64,000 nt of DNA, from the NCBI GenBank assembly GCA_965662895.1, contig CBFIJH010000001.1, positions 96,001 through 160,000 of the forward strand, given 5' to 3'. Under the pieces are notes generated by a model. It worked only from the letters and a program-made list of their open reading frames with translations. It made no database searches and was not told where the DNA came from. Source of the DNA: Candidatus Poseidoniaceae archaeon. Lineage in GTDB: Archaea > Thermoplasmatota > Poseidoniia > Poseidoniales > Poseidoniaceae. Of this stretch, positions 7,032-16,816 are shown piece after piece; within the stretch, counting starts at the first letter, position 1; each line of letters opens with the position of its first letter. The position numbers were made by a program, and so were the translations under genes.

Positions 7032-9065
7032 TTAGTCCTCTGGAATGAACATTTCATCTTGATAGCCGACAATTTCATCGCCAGTTTCGTCTTCTTCAAT
7101 AACGACAGTTCCTTCTTCATCGTCGAATTCAATAATTGTGCCATAGTAATCTTCTCCATCAATTTCTAGGCCGACGTAGGATCCAACGTCGAATTCATCA
7201 CCCTCGTCCTCTTCATTTTCATCAATGACCTCGTCACCATCTTCAACCAAATCTTCCTCAATTTCATTGGCCTCGTCAACTTCGTTTTCATCGTTTGGTT
7301 CTGCGTTCTCTTCGATAGCTTCCTTTACTTCTTCTCGGTCTTCGTTGATGTCTTTCATCGCCTTGACTCGTGCTCTCCATCCTGGTGCAAGGATAAGGTG
7401 TGTGTAGAGGCTCCATATCAGTCCCGCTCCAGCGAGTGTCATAAGGACAACAGCATCCCAATAGAATGCACCTGGCATCGAAGATGCCTTTCCTGCTAAT
7501 GGCGTGAGTGAATTTTTACACTTGCCCTCTTGTATAGCAGGATCGCATGGATAAACATCGCCTTCGCTGACAATTTGGCCATCATCTGTTTGCCATTCTG
7601 TGAACTGCGATTCCTGATCGGAACGAATATCCAGTTCAACCAACCCTCCAGTCCCATCAATAAAGGGGAACAGTCCGTTGACTAGCAGTCCAACAATCAG
7701 TATTGCAAACGATGCATGAATCAACGGCCAGAACACATCATGCCACTTCTTTGACATCGCTCGGCTTTGCCATGGACTCGGGAATGTTTTGACCGTCTCT
7801 GCTTCTTCATCTTCGATTGAAACAATTCCATCCTCATGGCGTTCAATTGCGTCGACAAACTCAATCATATCGATGTTGCCATCTCCATCAGCATCCATTG
7901 AGTCCATCAAAACGTCAGCTTCGTCTTCTGTAAGACCTTCAGGAAGCATATCGTTTAATTTTTCAATGACCTCTACTTTTGTTAGCATGCGATTACCATC
8001 ATCATCAAGGTCTCCAAATGCTTTTGCTAGAGATTTGCCTTGTTCATCGATGATGTCGAGGAGTAGATCCATAATTTCAGGAGCACTTCGTGATGCAACA
8101 GTTTGTGTTTCGAACTCCTCGAGTGTTTCATCTTGTCCTACATCCGCCGATTCTTCGATTAGTTCCTCGTCGTCGTCAAGCGATTCATCGAGTTCCTCGT
8201 CGTGAATCTCATCACGCTTGTCTTCATGTTCTAACTCAACAATATCCTCTGTAAATTCCTGTTCGTCTTCGGTTTCAGGACTGTTATCGTCTTCTGTGTC
8301 AACAACGGATTCTTCGGTTGTTGTATCTTCAGATTCTTCCTCAATTTCCTCTTGAGATTGTTCTGGATCTTGAAGTTCCTGTTCATCGAATTCCTCTTGA
8401 GTATTCCATGAATCTGCGGCCGCTTGAAGTTCTTCTTTCTTGAGATACGCGTTACCATCTGCATTGTAATCCTGGGCGAAAGCAATAAACGACTCTCTTT
8501 CCGATGCTTCAATGTTGTTGGAATCCATGACCTGTGTCAAAACATTTTCATTGAATCCTAGACGTTCATCCTCTTGGTTTGAGTTCTCTTCCTCATGGGT
8601 CGCTTCTTCTATTGAATCCCCAACAATGATGCTCTGAAGTTCTTTCAAATCAATCAGGCTATCACCATCTTCGTCGATGGCTTCAACGAGCCGATCAACT
8701 TGGGAAGGAGGTAAGTCTGCTAAATTGAGGGAAAGGAGTCCTTCCCGTAATTCACTTGAATCAATCATATTGTCATTGTTGGTATCAAATCGTCCAAACA
8801 ATGTTTTCACATCCATTTTGTTGTTCGCCATCCAAGTTCGAAGGATATCGACAACATCATCTGCAACGAAAACTACACCACACTCCGGGCACTTTGTTGA
8901 ATCAAGTGGGACAAGCGCATTGCATGCTCCACATTCGCCCAATGCTTCATCTGATACCCCAGAAAAAGAGATGCCACACTCCGGGCATTCGCTTGAATCC
9001 ACAGGTACAATCGCTCGACACGACCCACATTCTGCCATAGCAACTTCTTCATTTTCTTCAGCCAT
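7032..9065 (-). CDS. Membrane protein: double Zn-ribbon, multiple EF-hands, two TM helices, C-terminal Tudor/SH3-like domain
   Basis: CGSC/CPEC/CGAC/CPEC; EF loops DTNNDNMIDSSE, DEDGDSLIDLKE, DDDGNRMLTKVE, DADGDGNIDMIE; two hydrophobic segments; very acidic. Confidence 0.8.
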   Translation of the reverse strand: MAEENEEVAMAECGSCRAIVPVDSSECPECGISFSGVSDEALGECGACNALVPLDSTKCPECGVVFVADDVVDILRTWMANNKMDVKTLFGRFDTNNDNMIDSSELREGLLSLNLADLPPSQVDRLVEAIDEDGDSLIDLKELQSIIVGDSIEEATHEEENSNQEDERLGFNENVLTQVMDSNNIEASERESFIAFAQDYNADGNAYLKKEELQAAADSWNTQEEFDEQELQDPEQSQEEIEEESEDTTTEESVVDTEDDNSPETEDEQEFTEDIVELEHEDKRDEIHDEELDESLDDDEELIEESADVGQDETLEEFETQTVASRSAPEIMDLLLDIIDEQGKSLAKAFGDLDDDGNRMLTKVEVIEKLNDMLPEGLTEDEADVLMDSMDADGDGNIDMIEFVDAIERHEDGIVSIEDEEAETVKTFPSPWQSRAMSKKWHDVFWPLIHASFAILIVGLLVNGLFPFIDGTGGLVELDIRSDQESQFTEWQTDDGQIVSEGDVYPCDPAIQEGKCKNSLTPLAGKASSMPGAFYWDAVVLMTLAGAGLIWSLYTHLILAPGWRARVKAMKDINEDREEVKEAIEENAEPNDENEVDEANEIEEDLVEDGDEVIDENEEDEGDEFDVGSYVGLEIDGEDYYGTIIEFDDEEGTVVIEEDETGDEIVGYQDEMFIPED

Positions 9066-9174
9066 GATTTGTCACTAACCTAAACCAAGACACGAGCGGA
9101 TATAATGATTGATGGTCATTTGGACGATAGAACCTATTTATCTCCAAGAATGAGGCGTATCTGGAGGGAGTGCG

Positions 9175-10029
9175 ATGTCTGGTCAAATGAGTTCGGTCAT
9201 ATCCACATCGACGGAGTTTTTTATTGAAAGAATCGATCGTCTGGATGTTCATCCAAATCATCGACAAATATTCATATCCAGATATCCGCAAACCCGGCTC
9301 ATAGAGCATGTCGATATCTCACAGATCGAATGCCATTGGTTGTCGTCGCTTGAAGGGAAAGGTTCAATCCCGCCCAGTTTAGAAAAAATCAATCATTTTA
9401 TTGAATCAAGCATTCAATCGGGTTATGGAACCATATTTTTGGAAGGGATCGAGTGGTTGCTTTCCCTCCATGGGTTTGATGCTGTTTATTCAATGATACG
9501 TGTGCTATCCGAGAGAGTGTCAACAAGCAATTGGAACATATTTGTCTCAATTTCAGAAAGCAGCCTTGCACCGCGTGAGTTGTCGAGATTTTACCGTGAG
9601 GCTCCATTGTATGAGTTTTCTGAAGTGCAACAAGTAGTATCAGCCGATACAATTGGTCAAGCAAAATCCTCTACAATTGAAGTTGAGCATATTGAGATCG
9701 ATCTGAACGATGATGGAACGCCGAAATTGATGTTACTTACACGTTTGCCACGAGAGGGGTTCACAAAACAACTCCTACAACGTCGTATTTTACAGTGGAG
9801 AAGAATGGGTCTTGATACATCAGATGTCGAAGCAACATTGTACCAAGACGATATGGAAGAAACCTACAATTGTTATCGAATCATCGAAGAAAAGGTTCGT
9901 AGAGCAACGGAGCTTGAACGTTTCATCAATGAGAACGTCGACGATAGTCATGAACGTACAATCGCAATGTTCCGCATACGCCAATTAACAGGACTCGATG
10001 AGTTGGAATCTAAATACTATTCAAATTGA
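9175..10029 (+). CDS. DUF835-like domain protein (degenerate RecA/KaiC-like fold) with helical C-terminal extension
   Basis: ISRYP, HWLS, IPPSLEKI, IFLEGIEWLLSLHGFDAV pattern typical of DUF835; C-terminal WRRMGLDTSDVE. Confidence 0.65.
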   Translation: MSGQMSSVISTSTEFFIERIDRLDVHPNHRQIFISRYPQTRLIEHVDISQIECHWLSSLEGKGSIPPSLEKINHFIESSIQSGYGTIFLEGIEWLLSLHGFDAVYSMIRVLSERVSTSNWNIFVSISESSLAPRELSRFYREAPLYEFSEVQQVVSADTIGQAKSSTIEVEHIEIDLNDDGTPKLMLLTRLPREGFTKQLLQRRILQWRRMGLDTSDVEATLYQDDMEETYNCYRIIEEKVRRATELERFINENVDDSHERTIAMFRIRQLTGLDELESKYYSN

Positions 10030-11580
10030 CTTCTTAATCGGAGCGTTCAATGATGATTGAACGATTGACAACCACTTGCTGTGTGTGAGTTCTCGCGCAA
10101 TGGAAATAATTTCGACGCTTGTACTTCGATCTTCAAAAGCATCCTCAATCGAATTATCCAAACATCGGATCATTGCCTGTACGCATGTTGAAGATGATTT
10201 ATCGATAATTTTTAGTGCTCGATGAGCGACAAATGCTTCACAGGCGAGAACTTCAGAGCAACGTTCAATCGCCTGAAGCAAATTCCAACTTGCTGTTGCA
10301 CCCATGCTCACATGATCTTCTTGGCCAGCAGATGTTGTGGTTGAAAACGCCGTGCGTGGCGTTACGTGTCCATGCAGTTCGCCTAGTGCTGCTGCTGCTG
10401 CGTATTGAACAATCATCAAACCAGACTCTAATCCCGGATTCTTTGCGAGAAAAGGATAGAGGGCTCGCCGATTTTTGTCGAGCATTTGGTCGATACGACG
10501 TTCACTAATCGAAGCCAATTCAAACAATCCCAAACTCATCGCATCAGATACGAATCCCAGAACTTCTGCATGGAAATTTCCTTGAGATACGACTTCATGA
10601 GGACCAGGATTCACTTTATCAGGAAAAATAAGCGGGTTATCTGTAGCAGAATTTAGTTCGATTGAAACCGTATCAATCAATTTCCGAAGCGTTTCTTGAA
10701 CGGGCCCATGAACTTGTGGAATACAACGGAATGAGTACGGATCTTGAACTTGGTTGCAATCCTTGTGATCATGAAGAATCGTCGAATCAGAAAGGATTGA
10801 ACGCATTCGATTTGAAACAAAAATTTGCCCAGGATGCGGCCGTGCTTGCTGAATCCTATCGTCAAACGGCGTGAGGGTTGATTCCGTTGCATCAATCGAC
10901 ATCCCTGCAATAATATCTGAATATGTCAGAAGGTGTCGGAGTTGTTCGATGGCAATGGAGAGCATACCAGTGATAAGACTCGTTCCATTGATTAACGACA
11001 AACCGTCTTTAGCTCGAAGCGTAAGCGGCACCAACTCGCATCGCCGAATGGCTTCCATAGCATCGATTTCCTCCCCATTTAATTCGACTTTCCCTTCTCC
11101 AATGAGAGCGCACGCCAAATGCGACAACGGTGCTAAATCTCCACTTGCGCCCAAACTACCGATTCGAGGTACGATTGGATGAATGGAATTGTTGAGAAAA
11201 GCAACGAGTTGGTGTACGACGTCAGAGTGGCAACCAGAATGTCCTTTAATCAATGAATTGATGCGTACGCACATCATGGCTCTCACAAGTTCAGTTGGTA
11301 ATTCTGGGCCCAGCCCTGTTGCATGCGATCGAATGAGATTCAACTGAAGTTGTTCGACTTCGTGTTGTTGGATTCGGGTGTGAACAAGTGAGCCAAAACC
11401 AGTACTGATCCCGTACACGGTTTCATCACCGTCAACAATGCGTTCTACGACTTGACGCGCATCCTGAACCTTCATCATGGCCTCAGGGGCGATTTCTACT
11501 TCAGCTCTATTGTGAGCAATATCGAAAACATCGAGAGTGTTTAGTGTCATACCATCCAAGGTCACGGTTCGCTTAGTCAT
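10021..11580 (-). CDS. hutH: Histidine ammonia-lyase
   Basis: YGISTGFG, NLIRSHA, MIO motif GSLGASGDLAPL, LINGT, QDPYSFRCIPQVHG, GNFH, QEDHVSMG; GGTGA SD before ATG 11580. Confidence 0.95.
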   Translation of the reverse strand: MTKRTVTLDGMTLNTLDVFDIAHNRAEVEIAPEAMMKVQDARQVVERIVDGDETVYGISTGFGSLVHTRIQQHEVEQLQLNLIRSHATGLGPELPTELVRAMMCVRINSLIKGHSGCHSDVVHQLVAFLNNSIHPIVPRIGSLGASGDLAPLSHLACALIGEGKVELNGEEIDAMEAIRRCELVPLTLRAKDGLSLINGTSLITGMLSIAIEQLRHLLTYSDIIAGMSIDATESTLTPFDDRIQQARPHPGQIFVSNRMRSILSDSTILHDHKDCNQVQDPYSFRCIPQVHGPVQETLRKLIDTVSIELNSATDNPLIFPDKVNPGPHEVVSQGNFHAEVLGFVSDAMSLGLFELASISERRIDQMLDKNRRALYPFLAKNPGLESGLMIVQYAAAAALGELHGHVTPRTAFSTTTSAGQEDHVSMGATASWNLLQAIERCSEVLACEAFVAHRALKIIDKSSSTCVQAMIRCLDNSIEDAFEDRSTSVEIISIARELTHSKWLSIVQSSLNAPIKKSI

Positions 11581-13591
11581 TCGATTCACCATCCAACAAC
11601 GTGTCCAAGACCTGAGAGTCAACGATATTTGGGAGTGTTATGGTCAAATCTGGATTCAAATCCATTGCTCGCTTGATTGATGTTACAGCTCCACTGTTTC
11701 GAGCCCATGCTCGGCGTGCTACGCCATTGGTCACGTCCCAATGGAGCATTGACACAAGACGTCGTTCAGCATCTTGACTACCATCGATGACCAAACCGAA
11801 TCCTCCGTTGGAAACTTCTCCCCAACCAACCCCGCCCCCGTTATGGAGACTTACCCATGTCGCACCACGCATGGCATCACCAACGAAATTTTGCACAGAC
11901 ATATCTGCAGTCCACTTCGAACCGTCGCGAATATTTGCAGTCTCACGATAAGGAGAATCGGTGCCACTTACGTCATGATGATCGCGTCCCAAAATAATCG
12001 GTGCAGATATTCTCCCATCTGCAATTGCTTGATTCAAAGCTGTTGCAATTCTTGTCCGACCTTGTTCATCAGCATAGAGTATACGAGCTTTTGAACCCAC
12101 TACCAAATTGTGATCATTCGCATTACGAATCCATTCCAAATTATCCGAAATCTGTTGACGAATATCTGGGTCTTTTTCTTGTTCAAACATCTCGTAAAGT
12201 ACTCGTTCAGCAATCTTGTCGGACTCGACAAGGTCAGCATCAAGTCCGGATGAGCACACCCAACGGAATGGCCCGAAACCTCGATCGAAGCATAAAGGAC
12301 CCATGATATCTTCAACATACGAAGGGTACTTGTAGGAACCATCGTGCTTGAAAATATCAGCCTCAGCTCGACCAGCCTCGAGGAGGAATGCGTTGCCGTA
12401 ATCCCAAAAGAACATACCTTTCGAGGAGAGAATATTGATTGCGGCGACGTGCCTTTTTAGAGAAGATTGGACTCGTTTCTTAAATTCGGCTGGTTCCTCG
12501 TGCATCAAGGATTGCGCATCCTCAAAGGATAAGTCTGCAGGAAAGTATCCTCCCTGAAATGGATTGTGGAGTGAAGTTTGATCGCTACCGAGATGGATGA
12601 AAATATCTCGTTCAACAACTCGTTCCCATAAATCGACAATATTCCCTACAAAACCAATTGAAGTCCCCATCTTTTGCTCCGATGCGGTCATCATTGCATC
12701 AATCGCTTCATCCACATCGTAGGATAACTGTTCGACCCAACCCTGTCCGTATCGCTTTTCAGCAGCAATAGGGTTGGATTCTGCCACAATGCAGGCTGCA
12801 CCAGCAATCACTGCTGCTTTTGCTTGCGCACCCGACATTCCACCAAGTCCCGATGTAATGAATCGCATTCCACCCAAGTTCCCTTCAGCAGGTATGCCGA
12901 ATTTCATTCGAGCAGCGTTCATTAACGTGATTGTGGTTCCATGTACAATACCTTGAGGACCAATGTACATGTACGACCCTGCCGTCATCTGACCGTATTG
13001 TGTGACGCCCATTGCATTGAGTCGCTCGTATTCATCCGGTGTCGAATAATTTGGAATCATCATCCCGTTTGTAACGACAACTCTTGGAGCCGATGGGTTT
13101 GATGGGAATAGGCCAAGTGGGTGCCCTGAGTACATAACCAAAGTTTGCTCATCGTTCATCTCAGAGAGATACTTCATGACCAAACGGTATTGCGCCCAAT
13201 TTTGGAAGACAGCGCCGTTTCCTCCATACGTGATTAATTCGTTTGGAAATTGTGCGACTTTTGGATCGAGATTGTTGTCGATCATCAACATGATTCCTGC
13301 AGCTTGTTGAGATTTTGCAGCATATTCATCGATTGGACGTGCATATATTTCGCCGTGGGGGCGGTATCTGTACATATAGATTCGACCGTATGTCCGTAGT
13401 TCGTTGAGAAACTCCTTGCTTAGTTCTTCATGATGCTGCGGCTCAAAATACCTCAATGCGTTTTGGAGTGCCAACCGTTCATCCCTCCGAGAAAGAATTT
13501 GTTTTCGTACTGGTGCATGATCGACACCGTTGAGCAGGCCCGGGTGTTTCGGAGGGATTTCAGGTATGCCAATGCTTTCGTTTTTATCCAT
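11573..13591 (-). CDS. hutU: Urocanate hydratase, long (~670 aa) form
   Basis: NNLDPKVAQFP, YGQMTAGSYMYIGPQGIVHGT, GLGGMSGAQ, SDQTSLHNP, GRDHHDVSGTDSPYRET, HNGGGVGWG. Confidence 0.96.
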   Translation of the reverse strand: MDKNESIGIPEIPPKHPGLLNGVDHAPVRKQILSRRDERLALQNALRYFEPQHHEELSKEFLNELRTYGRIYMYRYRPHGEIYARPIDEYAAKSQQAAGIMLMIDNNLDPKVAQFPNELITYGGNGAVFQNWAQYRLVMKYLSEMNDEQTLVMYSGHPLGLFPSNPSAPRVVVTNGMMIPNYSTPDEYERLNAMGVTQYGQMTAGSYMYIGPQGIVHGTTITLMNAARMKFGIPAEGNLGGMRFITSGLGGMSGAQAKAAVIAGAACIVAESNPIAAEKRYGQGWVEQLSYDVDEAIDAMMTASEQKMGTSIGFVGNIVDLWERVVERDIFIHLGSDQTSLHNPFQGGYFPADLSFEDAQSLMHEEPAEFKKRVQSSLKRHVAAINILSSKGMFFWDYGNAFLLEAGRAEADIFKHDGSYKYPSYVEDIMGPLCFDRGFGPFRWVCSSGLDADLVESDKIAERVLYEMFEQEKDPDIRQQISDNLEWIRNANDHNLVVGSKARILYADEQGRTRIATALNQAIADGRISAPIILGRDHHDVSGTDSPYRETANIRDGSKWTADMSVQNFVGDAMRGATWVSLHNGGGVGWGEVSNGGFGLVIDGSQDAERRLVSMLHWDVTNGVARRAWARNSGAVTSIKRAMDLNPDLTITLPNIVDSQVLDTLLDGESND

Positions 13592-13695
13592 ACATCTTGC
13601 CCCCCGTTATCTCTTCGAGTCAGCCGAAGGACTTGAGTATTATTCATCACACCATGAGGCGACGGGTTGAAGAACACAAAGCATCTCATAAGAAC

Positions 13696-15582
13696 ATGAC
13701 CAGCGAAGAGCCGCTCGACGCTGTTGTTCTCGATGTTGAAAAAGATGCGACAAATTCATTCAATGCTGTCCTCGGTGCGACGATAGCAGTTTGCATTGTG
13801 TTTTTGTTTATCTCGGCAAATTTTGGCGATTCAATGTCGACAATTGCCTCCAGTGATGATACTGAACAATCATACGTCCCAGTTTGGGAGCGATACACCC
13901 AAGATTATGAAACTGATGCTGACAATGGTAGCGTGCTTAACCGTGGTCCGTACAAACTCCTTGAAACTGCAAATGAGTGGAATTCCACCCACTATTTCGT
14001 CGAATATGAAATCCCAATCGAAGAAGGGGGTGCTGCACCAAACGGTTTGATCAGTCTTGCTGTTTGGTTGCCCGATGCGGTCGAAGAAGGAATCAAAGTC
14101 CCTGTTATTGCGGAAAGCGGTCCTTATTTTCAAGAGCCTTCGGTGCAAACCGATAGTATCGAAGTTCCAGGAAGCTGGCTCGGGACGATGATTATTGACC
14201 AAATTTTACCCCATGGATACGCATTTGCTCAAATATCTGTTTCTGGTACCGGTCAATCGAATCACTGCATGGATCTTATGGGAACTGCAGAACAATTGGG
14301 CAATGATGCAGCCGTTCGCTGGCTTGGGGAACAAAATTGGAGCAATGGGAACGTTGGCTTGATTGGTAAATCCTATGATGGGTCGACGCCGTGGCAAGCA
14401 GCAATGTTCGGTAGTGAACACGATTATTTGAAGACAATTGTACCGATATCCGGCTTGATTGGTGTCAAAGAATTAATGTGGAGAAATGGTAGTTCAGAGG
14501 CTCGTGCTCCAATCATGCACAATGGCGTGTATGGTTCATATGGAATCGATGGAGATGAGGAGGATTATCAAAACCTCTGTCCAGATTATGTTATTGGTCC
14601 AGGTACAGGTGCTTCTGCATATCTTCTTGGTTCTGAGATCTTTGGTGATTATTGGGCAGAACGATACTTTCTCGATCGAGTTCTTGAGCATTACACAGGC
14701 TCAGTGTATCTGATTCAAGGAATGCATGATTGGAATGTTGACCCACACATGGCCGTTCCAACGATGAATGCGCTCATCGACGCAGGTATTGAAGCCAAAG
14801 GCTTGTTTGGCCAGTGGGACCATGATTACCCTGATCGTCCAATTCAGTTGTACGAACGAAGTGACATAGGCGGAAGAGGCGGAGAGGCATTTCCACAGAT
14901 GATTCGTTACGATTGGATGCAAGACTTGCTTGAATGGTTTGAGTACTATCTCCAAGAAAGGGGTCCAAAACCGGGCCAATGGATTGAAGTCCAGGACAAC
15001 TATGGCGAATGGAGGATTGAATTCAATCGATATCCACCAGATGATGCAAACCAATGGACTGCCAGTCTTGGCGGCGAATTATCGAATGTTGGTGGCTCCT
15101 TGACAATTCTTCCAGATGCGACAACTGGCCCAGTTTGGGAGACTGAACCATTGACAGAAACGTTGCGAGTTGCAGGAACGCCGAGATTGCACGTGGATGT
15201 CACTACCGCGAGTGTTGGTGGACAACTGTATGCTCTTTTCGAAGATTGTTACGAGGATGAATGCATTCACGTAGGACATGCAATTATGGACTTGCGATAT
15301 CATGCAGGCGGTGATGAAATTCAAACATGGATACCCGTCATAGAGACTATTAATGCCAAAATGGAATTCTTCCCTCTGGATGCAGTCATCGCAGAAGGGC
15401 ATACGATTCGTCTTTCGTTGGCCTCAACAGGTGAAGATTATCTTCCAGCAAGTACATCTTCAATCGTAACCATTCAAGAAGGTGAAAGTTCAATATTGCA
15501 ATTGGATGTCATCGATCCCAATTCTGAGGACGAACGACTGTATTTCACGCCTCCAATTTGTGATCACGAGCTTTGCTCTTAG
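13696..15582 (+). CDS. Membrane-anchored CocE/NonD (S15, X-Pro dipeptidyl-peptidase-like) serine hydrolase
   Basis: N-terminal TM helix, nucleophile motif GKSYDG, GMHDWNV, GQWDHDYP, C-terminal beta domain. Confidence 0.85.
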   Translation: MTSEEPLDAVVLDVEKDATNSFNAVLGATIAVCIVFLFISANFGDSMSTIASSDDTEQSYVPVWERYTQDYETDADNGSVLNRGPYKLLETANEWNSTHYFVEYEIPIEEGGAAPNGLISLAVWLPDAVEEGIKVPVIAESGPYFQEPSVQTDSIEVPGSWLGTMIIDQILPHGYAFAQISVSGTGQSNHCMDLMGTAEQLGNDAAVRWLGEQNWSNGNVGLIGKSYDGSTPWQAAMFGSEHDYLKTIVPISGLIGVKELMWRNGSSEARAPIMHNGVYGSYGIDGDEEDYQNLCPDYVIGPGTGASAYLLGSEIFGDYWAERYFLDRVLEHYTGSVYLIQGMHDWNVDPHMAVPTMNALIDAGIEAKGLFGQWDHDYPDRPIQLYERSDIGGRGGEAFPQMIRYDWMQDLLEWFEYYLQERGPKPGQWIEVQDNYGEWRIEFNRYPPDDANQWTASLGGELSNVGGSLTILPDATTGPVWETEPLTETLRVAGTPRLHVDVTTASVGGQLYALFEDCYEDECIHVGHAIMDLRYHAGGDEIQTWIPVIETINAKMEFFPLDAVIAEGHTIRLSLASTGEDYLPASTSSIVTIQEGESSILQLDVIDPNSEDERLYFTPPICDHELCS

Positions 15583-16816
15583 GGTTCCAAATCGTAAAGA
15601 TGCAACCACTGAAAATCATAATACAAGCAAACAACAGAACACCTTGTTGAAGATTCACGTAATTGTTTTCAATCAAGTATCCTGCAGAAATGGTTGAAAT
15701 GACTTGGCCGATAGAAAGCATGAGCATATCGGTCGAAAATACCCTGCCGCGCATCTCATCCTCAACCCATTGTTGCGTCAATACCGTGGAGAGGACCCAA
15801 TTTCCACCACTGGCAGAATGTGCGAGAGTTACGAGGGCTAGAGTAAGAAGGAGAGGTCCATTGAGGCTCAATCCCACAAGGAAATAGAACAAGCCGCTTG
15901 CGACGATGAGTATGCCAATCAATCTTGGCCACTTTTCAGAATTTTTGAAAAATCTGCGCGCAAATATTGGCCCGATACCCGTTCCAACACCTCTTGCAAA
16001 GAAGAAGATTCCAAAGCCCAAGGCTGCCCCAACAAATTCAATATCATTTCCTGCTAAGACTAAAAATACACCAGCAAGACCGCCTCCTGCTATGTTCCAT
16101 GACGTTTTTGCAAAAATAATTCGAAACAATCGCGGGTCTGACTTGATTCTCTTTTGACCGAGCCAGATGTCCTTGACAGCAGATGACAGTATTGAGCCTG
16201 AAGATGGCTTATCGTATGTCTGTGGTACAGTCAATGGGATGAGGATCAGTGTTCCAATCAAAAATGTTAACGAATCGATAACAAATGCGACTGTAACTCC
16301 AAATTCTGAAACAACCAAACCACCTACGAATGCACCCAAGCATAGTGCAGTGGACCATGTGGCGCTATCCAAAGCATTGGCTGTTGTAAGATCTTCTTTG
16401 CTTACGATGTTTGGTAATGCAGCACGCTCTGCAGTGACATACAAACCATGCAATGCCATCATGACTCCAGAACAAAGAAACATCCACCACATGTCTTCTG
16501 GACCATCGACAGCGATGAATGCTAATGCGAGAAAGACCTGTAGAATGTTGGTAGCAATCATGAGGGTCTTTCGATTAAGCCTATCAGCTAGCAAACCAAA
16601 AAAAGGCTGCATAAGGGCGAAACATCCCATGCGGACCGCCATAAGCACACCAAGCAGCAGTTCCGACTCAGTGTATTGCAGAATGATCAAGAAAAGTGCA
16701 ATTGTGTTGAACCATTCTCCAAACATCGAAATGAAAGCAGCAATCCAGAATTTGCGATAGGTATCGTTCTCACGAACCAAACGAACGTATGGGTTGTCCA
16801 TCATTCTCTCACTCAT
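15545..16816 (-). CDS. MFS transporter
   Basis: About 12 TM helices; motif A GLLADRLNRK; EMRGRVFS. Confidence 0.9.
   Translation of the reverse strand: MSERMMDNPYVRLVRENDTYRKFWIAAFISMFGEWFNTIALFLIILQYTESELLLGVLMAVRMGCFALMQPFFGLLADRLNRKTLMIATNILQVFLALAFIAVDGPEDMWWMFLCSGVMMALHGLYVTAERAALPNIVSKEDLTTANALDSATWSTALCLGAFVGGLVVSEFGVTVAFVIDSLTFLIGTLILIPLTVPQTYDKPSSGSILSSAVKDIWLGQKRIKSDPRLFRIIFAKTSWNIAGGGLAGVFLVLAGNDIEFVGAALGFGIFFFARGVGTGIGPIFARRFFKNSEKWPRLIGILIVASGLFYFLVGLSLNGPLLLTLALVTLAHSASGGNWVLSTVLTQQWVEDEMRGRVFSTDMLMLSIGQVISTISAGYLIENNYVNLQQGVLLFACIMIFSGCIFTIWNPKSKARDHKLEA

Noticed and set aside
8100-8420. Low-complexity TCTTC/TCATC-rich tract that looks like a repeat array
   Set aside because: It encodes the Asp/Glu-rich linker of the EF-hand protein; no fixed repeat-spacer period, so not CRISPR
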